Notes under the pieces: model-generated
Database searches by the model: none
Told to the model about the DNA's origin: nothing
Seen by the model: the letters and a program-made list of their open reading frames with translations, nothing else
In this document: positions 57,091-64,000 of the stretch, piece after piece
Numbering within the stretch: the first letter of the stretch is position 1
Layout of the letters: each line of letters opens with the position of its first letter
From: Spirochaetia bacterium
GTDB lineage: Bacteria; Spirochaetota; Spirochaetia; SZUA-6; Bin103
DNA length: 64,000 nt
Reading direction: 5' to 3'
NCBI GenBank assembly: GCA_965203905.1
Contig: CBDBDQ010000005.1
Location: 1,376,001 to 1,440,000 of the forward strand
Made by a program: the position numbers and the translations under genes

Positions 57091-58019
57091 GAGCCCTGCG
57101 CCGCGGCCGGCCCGGGATCCGTCACGCGCGCGAGGACCGGCTGTTCTACCTGATCAACGGGACCCTGATGACGCTGCTGTTCATCATCGTGGTCTACCCC
57201 CTGATCTACATCGTCAGCTCCTCCTTCTCCGATGCCAACGAGGTGCTGGCCGGTCGCGTCTGGCTGCTGCCGCGCAAGCCCTCGCTGGAGGGCTACCAGG
57301 CGGTGTTCGAGTTCAAGCAGCTCTGGGTCGGCTACGGCAACACCGCCTTCTACACCGTGTTCGGCACCACGTACAACCTGCTGATGACCATGCTGGTGGC
57401 CTACCCGCTGTCGCGCCGCGACTTCGTGGGGCGCAGCCTGCTGATGTTCCTGTTCGCCTTCACCATGTTTTTTCAGGGTGGCCTGATTCCGACCTACCTG
57501 CTGATTCGGAGTCTCGGCCTGCTGGACACGCGCGCGGTGATGATCGTGCCGTGGGCGATCGTGGTGATCAACGTGATCATCACCCGCACCTACCTGGAGG
57601 CCAACGTGCCCAACGAGCTGTACGAGGCGGCGTGGGTGGACGGCGCTTCCAACACCCGCATGCTGTGGGCGATCGTGGTGCCGGTGTCGGGGCCGATCAT
57701 CGCCGTGATCACCCTGTTCTACGCGGTGATGCACTGGAACCAGTTCTTCAACGCGCTGATCTACCTGCGCAACGAGCAGCTCGTGCCGCTGCAGATCGTG
57801 CTGCGCGAGATCCTGATCATGAACTCGTCGGCGGCGATCGACGACCTGATGGCCGACATCACCGAGGAGCAGCTGCTGCAGATGACCAAGCGCGAGTACC
57901 TGCAGGCGCTGATCCAGTTCGCGCTGATCGTGGTCGCCACGGTGCCGGTGCTGGTCGCCTACCCGTTCGTGCAGAAGTACTTTGTGCGCGGCGTGATGAT
58001 CGGCGCGATCAAGGGATGA
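57087..58019 (+). CDS. Carbohydrate ABC permease, LplC-like
   Basis: GTGA overlap; AYPLSR, GGLIPTY, EAAWVDGA and YPFVQKYFVRGVMIGAIKG. Confidence 0.92.
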   Translation: MRALRRGRPGIRHAREDRLFYLINGTLMTLLFIIVVYPLIYIVSSSFSDANEVLAGRVWLLPRKPSLEGYQAVFEFKQLWVGYGNTAFYTVFGTTYNLLMTMLVAYPLSRRDFVGRSLLMFLFAFTMFFQGGLIPTYLLIRSLGLLDTRAVMIVPWAIVVINVIITRTYLEANVPNELYEAAWVDGASNTRMLWAIVVPVSGPIIAVITLFYAVMHWNQFFNALIYLRNEQLVPLQIVLREILIMNSSAAIDDLMADITEEQLLQMTKREYLQALIQFALIVVATVPVLVAYPFVQKYFVRGVMIGAIKG

Positions 58020-58096
58020 TTTTGAAGACTTTTTTTGAGGACTTTGAGGATCGGGTGTCACCCGACGTCGTCATTCGACAGAGAAGGAGCGTATCC

Positions 58097-59815
58097 ATGA
58101 AGAGAACGCTATTCGCAGCGCCGCTGTTGGCGCTGGTTGCCATGCTGGCGGTTGCCGCCGGAGAGGGGGAGGGCGCCGCCACGAGCCTGGAGCTGAGCGC
58201 GCCCGGCGAGTATCCCATCGTGCAGGAGAAGCAGACCATCTCGGTGATCGGCACCTACGATCAGCGGCTGGCCTCCGGCACGCTGGAGGACGCCAAGTTC
58301 ACCCTGTGGTTCGAGGAGCTCACCAACATCCACATCGACTGGGTGGAGATGATCGAGTGGGAGGAGGCGGTCGAGAAGTACAACCTGATCCTGGCCTCCG
58401 GCGACCTGCCCGACGTGCTGATTCCGCACTCGCGGATCACCGTGCAGCAGGCGTTCGACCAGGGCGCCGCCGGGGCCTTCGTCGGCCTCAAGGACCTGAT
58501 CGCCGAGCACATGCCCGGCCTCAGCGCGCGCCTCGCCGAGGTGCCGGAAGTGCACAAGCGCATCACCATGCCGGACGGCGAGAACTACTACTTCCCGATC
58601 GTTTCCGCCGGCTGCTTCCACTGCCAGTACTCGACCAAGATGTGGGTCTACAAGCCGTGGGTCGACCAGCTCGGCCTGAAGTGGCCGCCGGAGACTCCGG
58701 ACGAGTTCGCCGACATGCTGCGCGCGTTCCGCGACCAGGACCCCAACGGCAACGGCAAGCAGGACGAGATCCCGTTCCTGTCCGCCACCAGCGGCTGGAA
58801 CGTCGATCCGATCTCGTTCCTGATGAACGCGTGGATCTACACCGTGCACCCCTACGACCTGAACTACGGGGCGCTCCTGGAGCGCTCGCCGAGCGACGTG
58901 CGCTTCGTGGCCAACACCGACGAGTGGCGCGACGGGTTGAAGTACCTGCGCATGCTGCACGACGAGGAGTTGCTGGCCGAGGAGTCGTTCGTGTGGACCG
59001 AGAAGGAGGCCAAGCAGACCACCGAGAACCCCGACTATCCCATCGTCGGATCGTTCCAGGGCGGCTGGTTCGGCCGCTTCACCATCCACGGCGGCGGCAC
59101 CGGGCGCTTCGCCGACTTCAAGCCGATTCCGCCGCTGCGCGGTCCCAGCGGGCTGCAGCAGACGCGCTACCATCCGCCCTCGGTGAACGTGCAGTCGGTG
59201 ATCACCAGCGCCGCCGCGCACCCGGCGATGATCGCCAAGATGGTCGACTGGTTCTACGAGGACCCGATCGCACACGCGCTGCTGGCGCGCAACTTCCTGC
59301 AGGAAGGATCGGAGTGGCGCTACCTCACCGAGGAGGAGAAGAAGCTGGGCTGGGTGACCCGCGACGGCGGGCCGGCCAAGACCATCCGCCTGGAGAGCGC
59401 GGTCTACTCGCTGGACCTGGATGACGACGGCTGGTCGCGCACCACGCTCGGGAACTGGGAGTGGAACGCGCACAGCGCCATGCCGCCGGAGTGGGAAGGC
59501 GATCCGACCCGCGTCGAGTGGCGGCTGATGGTGGCGACCCGCGACCTGATGCTGCCCTACCGGGTGGAGAAGCACATCCCGCCGGACGTGATCTTCCAGG
59601 GCATGGAGCAGGAAGAGCTGGTCGACCTGACCGAGACCATCACCAGCCGCAACGGCCTGGTGATGCAGCGCGCCGCCGAGTTCATCACCGGCAAGCGCGA
59701 CATCCACGACGACGCCACCTGGGACGCCTACGTGGACGAGCTGGAGCGCGCCGGCGTGGAGCGCTACGTCGAGCTGTGGCAGGACGCGTTGCAGAACTCC
59801 GGCTACTTCAACTGA
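58097..59815 (+). CDS. Carbohydrate ABC substrate-binding protein, LplA-like
   Basis: AAGGAG RBS; signal peptide; LASGDLPD; AFRDQDPNGNGKQDEIP. Confidence 0.9.
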   Translation: MKRTLFAAPLLALVAMLAVAAGEGEGAATSLELSAPGEYPIVQEKQTISVIGTYDQRLASGTLEDAKFTLWFEELTNIHIDWVEMIEWEEAVEKYNLILASGDLPDVLIPHSRITVQQAFDQGAAGAFVGLKDLIAEHMPGLSARLAEVPEVHKRITMPDGENYYFPIVSAGCFHCQYSTKMWVYKPWVDQLGLKWPPETPDEFADMLRAFRDQDPNGNGKQDEIPFLSATSGWNVDPISFLMNAWIYTVHPYDLNYGALLERSPSDVRFVANTDEWRDGLKYLRMLHDEELLAEESFVWTEKEAKQTTENPDYPIVGSFQGGWFGRFTIHGGGTGRFADFKPIPPLRGPSGLQQTRYHPPSVNVQSVITSAAAHPAMIAKMVDWFYEDPIAHALLARNFLQEGSEWRYLTEEEKKLGWVTRDGGPAKTIRLESAVYSLDLDDDGWSRTTLGNWEWNAHSAMPPEWEGDPTRVEWRLMVATRDLMLPYRVEKHIPPDVIFQGMEQEELVDLTETITSRNGLVMQRAAEFITGKRDIHDDATWDAYVDELERAGVERYVELWQDALQNSGYFN

Positions 59816-60142
59816 GCCGATAACCGTTCGGGGTGGGCGGCGGGCCACGGTCTGCCGCCTGCCAGTGTTCCGGCGCCGCGGTGCGTTGACTGGGTCAGCG
59901 CCGGCTGCGAGCGGCGCGCGCTACTCCTGCGCCAGCCATGTGGCGCAGGGGTTGTTGCGGTCTGCCGGCGGGAAGGATACGCGGGTACCGAGGCGGTTGG
60001 ACTCGTCACGAGGGCTCTACGGCGGCTCGGGGAGTTGCTTGACTCGGCTACCGGTTTCGACCAGCTTATTGGTTGTGATCGGGTGGAGCATGGGCGGGAG
60101 AATGACAGGGCCGGCAACCGCGACTGATCCGGGCCATTGAGC

Positions 60143-60484
60143 ATGATGGTCAGGGGCCCCAAGCCTCCAGTACAGTGGAACGGAAGGTCATTCGACATTT
60201 GTCTGCCTTGGCCCACCGGCGAACAGCGCCAAGAGTGGTTGGAATCGGAGGTGACACCGCAAGTTACCTACGTAGTACGGGTCCGTGAATCGGGTGCTGA
60301 AAAATGGCTTGTTGGCGTCGAGACGCCACTGACCTCCTGCACCTTTCGAGATCTGAAACCGAACACGGAATACGAGATGGAAGTCCGCGCGAAGAATGAA
60401 GAAGGCGAAAGTGGCCCCGCGATCATCACCTGTCGAACGGATCCCGATGGCGCGGTAGAGCCTCTGTCGGTCAACGAAGCATGA
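60143..60484 (+). CDS. Small fibronectin type III domain protein without a signal peptide
   Basis: TYVVRVRE...W...TSCTFRDLKPNTEYEMEVRAKNEEGES; start uncertain. Confidence 0.7.
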   Translation: MMVRGPKPPVQWNGRSFDICLPWPTGEQRQEWLESEVTPQVTYVVRVRESGAEKWLVGVETPLTSCTFRDLKPNTEYEMEVRAKNEEGESGPAIITCRTDPDGAVEPLSVNEA

Positions 60485-60891
60485 GTCTGGCGGTAGTAGG
60501 CCTGCAAGCGAGCCAGATAGCAACTGGTCAGCTCCGTGCGAGCTGGAGCAGCCAGCCGGAAGCTCGGACTGCAAACATCGTTCAGTTCGACCCCAGGGTT
60601 CGCGAGTTCTCTTCCGGTATGGATGGGAGGACACCAGGATTCCATGTGGTCGACTTGGCACGTGTTCTGGTGAGGGCAGCGGAACAGCGGACGTACCAGC
60701 CCGAAATCACGATTGATGTGGATGGTGCGCTCTCGTTCGACCTGAGGCTGGCGAGCGGCCTGCTGATGTTTGCCGAGTTGACAATCGACGGGGGCCTCGA
60801 CATCACCATCCTCGACGACAGGGGACAAGACACTTTCGTGGTCAGACACCTGTCCCAGGCGACCGAATCTCAGTTCTTCAAGCAGCTCTAG
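60481..60891 (+). CDS. Hypothetical protein
   Basis: ATGA overlap with the FN3 gene; PEITIDVDGALSFDLR motif. Confidence 0.6.
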   Translation: MSLAVVGLQASQIATGQLRASWSSQPEARTANIVQFDPRVREFSSGMDGRTPGFHVVDLARVLVRAAEQRTYQPEITIDVDGALSFDLRLASGLLMFAELTIDGGLDITILDDRGQDTFVVRHLSQATESQFFKQL

Positions 60892-60899
60892 CCCGGAGT

Positions 60900-61307
60900 A
60901 TGTCGGTTCCTTCTGAGGACACGTTGTGTCGGTTCGTCCGGCCGGCAGATTGGAGCCCACGCGATTCCCGCCCGAGGCCCGGAGCGTTCAAACAACCCGC
61001 ACTCTCGGTGTGGAATGTCGATACACTGGACCAGCGTGGCGTAGCAATTGACGAACTGCGGATCGAACACCTCAGCGCCTGCGGACAGGCACACCATACC
61101 GCGGGCAATTACGTGTCACTCGCGCGGCAGTCATGTCTGAACGTGCAGGTCGTGTAGCGATCGGACGATGAATACGTGGCAGAGCCGTGGCGGCGATGGA
61201 ACTATGCTCACGTCCAGGTAGAGGCCACTTCTGGGCCAGCGCAATTCACGCCTGAATATCGCGCATTACTTGCGACCAACTGCCGTCATTCCGTTCCTCC
61301 CGACTGA
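60900..61307 (+). pseudogene. Hypothetical protein interrupted by an in-frame TAG at 61155-61157
   Basis: GGAG RBS; the frame continues after TAG as RSDDEYVAEPWRRWNYAHVQV...PPD* to 61307. Confidence 0.6.
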
Positions 61308-61401
61308 ACTCGGACTGTCCACCGCCGGCGCCGATCGTCGCCACCGCGCTGGCCGGTTCGCGATGTTGACCGCGGGCCGGCTCCGTCCTACGCTCCTGGA
61401 T

Positions 61402-62613
61402 ATGACGGCAACGGCAGCCCCGTCCCTGAGCCAGCAGCAGATCGCCGACTACCACGAGGACGGCTACGTCATCGTGCGCAATGTCCTGTCCTCCAAGGAA
61501 GCGGCCGAACTGCGCCGCATCGTCCAACGGCGGGTACAACGCGGTGCCGCGCATCCAGCGACCCGTACCTATCCTGAACCGGCCAAGTACACCGTCAGCG
61601 GCAACATGATGTCCGAACCCGGACTCGCCTCCATCGCGGAACATCCGACGGTCGTCGGCGCCGTGGAGTCCGCACTCGGCGGCCCCGCCCACCTGACCGC
61701 CTTCGTGGCGTACCTGCGGACGCCGAGCGACCAGGGTGGCAGAGCCCACTGCGACTACAAGCGCTGGCGACCCGTCGGTTCGTCCATGAACTGGGCGTTC
61801 GCCATCATTCCGCTGAACGACTTCGATGCCGAGTACGGTCCGTTCCTGGTGTCACCCAAATCGCACCGGCTGGCGCAGGTGATCGACCCGCGGGCACACG
61901 TCCTGGACCTCACGGCGCCCGATGCCCGGCAGCTGCCGCCGTTCATCGACCCCGAGCTGAGGGCCGGCGACCTGCTGGTGGTCAACGAGCACGTCTGGCA
62001 CGAGGCACCTCCCGGTACCACCAGCGAAGACCGCTGCGGCATCTTCCACAAGTACTGTGCCGCCAACGCGCCACCCGCGGCCGGATACTATCCGTACGAT
62101 CCTGCCGCGCTGGAGGCGTTGAGCGACGCCGGCAAACGCCTCCTGCCGGTCTGTTTCGACAAGCCGATCGCAACCACACGGCTGCTCATCGAGGCTCCGT
62201 CGGGCGAGGAATCCAGGTTCCTGGTTCGGCGCGCCGCGGACACCGGCGCCTGGGAGTTGCCCGGCGGCGAAGGCTGGGAAGAACAGGAGCTGGTCGGCTG
62301 GGACATCGGCGCACGGATCGGTTCGCTGCAGGCACTGGTCAACTCCCAGCTCGGGCTGGACGTGCCGTGGATGTCCTACATCGAAGACATCGCGCAGGAA
62401 GATGGCGCTTGCCGCGTGTACGGATTCTCCGATGAAGAGGTGAACCTGGACGCACTGGCCAACGGCGACAACGACTGGTTCACGCGAAGCGAACTGCACC
62501 GCACGCTGGGCGGCAGCCACGCGATCTGCCGGACCGTCGACACCTGGCTGCGCGACGACGTCGTCCGCGGCAAGGGCAAGGCGTGCCGTCAGAGCCGGAA
62601 CCAGTTCGAGTGA
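61402..62613 (+). CDS. PhyH-family 2OG-Fe(II) dioxygenase fused to a degenerate Nudix-like domain
   Basis: YHEDGYVIVRNVL, HCD, PKSH and WH...R; C-terminal RFLVRR...AWELPGG. Confidence 0.8.
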   Translation: MTATAAPSLSQQQIADYHEDGYVIVRNVLSSKEAAELRRIVQRRVQRGAAHPATRTYPEPAKYTVSGNMMSEPGLASIAEHPTVVGAVESALGGPAHLTAFVAYLRTPSDQGGRAHCDYKRWRPVGSSMNWAFAIIPLNDFDAEYGPFLVSPKSHRLAQVIDPRAHVLDLTAPDARQLPPFIDPELRAGDLLVVNEHVWHEAPPGTTSEDRCGIFHKYCAANAPPAAGYYPYDPAALEALSDAGKRLLPVCFDKPIATTRLLIEAPSGEESRFLVRRAADTGAWELPGGEGWEEQELVGWDIGARIGSLQALVNSQLGLDVPWMSYIEDIAQEDGACRVYGFSDEEVNLDALANGDNDWFTRSELHRTLGGSHAICRTVDTWLRDDVVRGKGKACRQSRNQFE

Positions 62614-62636
62614 CGGGCCGCCGATGACGCTGCGCC

Positions 62637-63381
62637 GTGGCTGAATCCCTGGCGCTGCCGCCGTTGCGGCGGCCCAACGTGCTGTGGATCTTCGGCGACC
62701 AGCACCGCGCCCAGGCCACCGGCTACCGCGGCGATCCCAACGTCGCCACCCCCAACCTCGACAACCTCGGGCGCCAGGGGGTGCGCTTCGACTGCGCGGT
62801 GGCCGGCGCGCCCTGGTGCACGCCGTTCCGCGGCGCCCTGATCAGCGGCCGCTACCCGCACCAGACCGGGGTGGTGGCCAACGGCATACGGCTGCCGCCC
62901 GACCAGCCCACCGTGGCCAGCGCGTTCGCCGCCGCCGGCTACCACACCGCCTACGTCGGCAAGTGGCATCTGGACGGCACCAACGACCTCGACCACTACG
63001 TGCCGCCGGAGCGGCGCGGCCTACCTGCAGCAGCTCCCGCCGCGGCCGTTCGCGGTGGGCGCGGACGGCACCGCGCCGGCCAGCTTCCTGGACTGCGTCA
63101 ACCTGCCGTGGCGCGGCGTGGTCACCCGCGACGGCTGGAAGTACGCCTGCACCCCGGACGGCGACTGGCTGCTGTTCAACCTCGCCGAGGATCCCTTCGA
63201 GCAGGCCAACCAGGTGTTCAACGAACGCTACCGCGCCGAAAAGGAGCGCTGCCACCGCCTGCTCGGCGAGTGGATCGAGACCACCGGCGACTCTTTCCCG
63301 CTCCCGGACATCGCCCTGCATGAGCGCGGTACCCCGGCGGAGCAGTACCGGCAACAGCTTGCCGCGCGGCGCGGCGGGTAA
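62637..63381 (+). pseudogene. Sulfatase with a large internal deletion and frameshift near 63020
   Basis: PNVLWIFGDQHR, CTPFR and GKWHL in one frame; WRGVVTRDGWKY...LFNL.EDPFE..N in another; middle region missing. Confidence 0.85.
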
Positions 63382-63400
63382 CGCCGGTCGCGGGGCACGC

Positions 63401-64000
63401 CTATGGCGACTGGTCCTGCCGCCTGCCACTGCGCAGCCGCTTGCTCAGCGCCTGGTGGCTGACCCCCAGGAGACCGGCCGCCTTGGACTGGTTGCCTCCG
63501 GTGCGCCGCAGCGCTTCCGCGACCAGCAGGTCGCCGACCTCCCTGAGCTGCGGCAGCTTGCCCCCGAACGCCACGTCCGGCTCGGACTCGGCAGCCGGCG
63601 GCCGCGGCGCGATCGCACCGGGTAGCGACTTGAAGTCGCTTGCGGTGAGGACGTCGTCCTGCAGGCGGTACACGGCGTCGAAAATCAGGGACCGCAGCTC
63701 ACGCACGTTGCCGGGAAACGAATGCCGGGAAAGCAGCGGCACCACGTCGTCCCCCACCTCCACTACGCCCCGGTCCCGGCCGCGTGCCGCTTCCTCCACG
63801 AAGGAGGCGACGAGCAGCGGCAGATCGTCCTGCCGCTCGCGCAGCGGGGGCACGTGGACGCTGTGGGTGTTGAGCCGGTAGAAGAGGTCCTTGCGAAACG
63901 CGCCCTGTTCGACCCCGCGGCCGAGATCCTGGTTGGTCGCAGCCACGACCCGCGCGTTGGCGCGGTGGGGAAGGTCGGAGCCGATGGGGTAGTACTCCCG
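63401..64000 (-). CDS. Sigma54-dependent Fis-family activator, C-terminal part (truncated by the window)
   Basis: AATNQDL, FRKDLFYRL, PPLRER, FPGNVREL and GNQSKAA.LLGVS. Confidence 0.92.
   Translation of the reverse strand, partial: REYYPIGSDLPHRANARVVAATNQDLGRGVEQGAFRKDLFYRLNTHSVHVPPLRERQDDLPLLVASFVEEAARGRDRGVVEVGDDVVPLLSRHSFPGNVRELRSLIFDAVYRLQDDVLTASDFKSLPGAIAPRPPAAESEPDVAFGGKLPQLREVGDLLVAEALRRTGGNQSKAAGLLGVSHQALSKRLRSGRRQDQSP

Noticed and set aside
58020-58051. TTTGA(A/G)GAC-like short repeats with a T-run between permease and SBP genes
   Set aside because: Too short and degenerate to assign a function; no hairpin.
61155-61157. Pyrrolysine or programmed read-through of the TAG
   Set aside because: No pyl genes in view and TAG is used as a normal stop elsewhere in the window; a nonsense mutation or error is simpler.

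Overview
GC-rich bacterial chromosomal window with no rRNA, tRNA or CRISPR array recognised. The 'FAGGEAE'-type substrate-binding protein N-terminus and the gene content suggest a high-GC Spirochaetota organism, possibly host-associated (inference only). Core and metabolic content: an A1-type cytochrome c oxidase cluster, apt, fdhA, a K+ channel, a stand-alone Rnl5/DRB0094-type RNA ligase, a GH151-like glycosidase, sulfatases, two enolase-superfamily enzymes, galM, a zur-znuCBA zinc uptake operon with two Zur boxes, and two ABC importers. Two accessory hotspots stand out. (1) About 17-31.5 kb: a PAS-LuxR regulator is followed by a tandem array of five intact, mosaic surface lipoprotein genes (constant signal and Ig domain, variable tandem beta-barrel-like modules). 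Each cassette is preceded by the luxR 3' end (the gene itself for cassette 1, copies for cassettes 2-5) and an invariant palindrome CCTACCA-ATCC-TGGTAGG, and cassettes 1-4 are followed by a conserved hairpin-rich trailer. The array also holds an ISAzo13 element, a 1015-aa double-metallopeptidase-like lipoprotein with a decayed paralog, and a G-quadruplex motif. This is the best candidate for an undescribed system. (2) About 49.7-56 kb: a Menshen-like defence triad and two TA pairs, interleaved with decayed copies of the upstream oppC-like gene.
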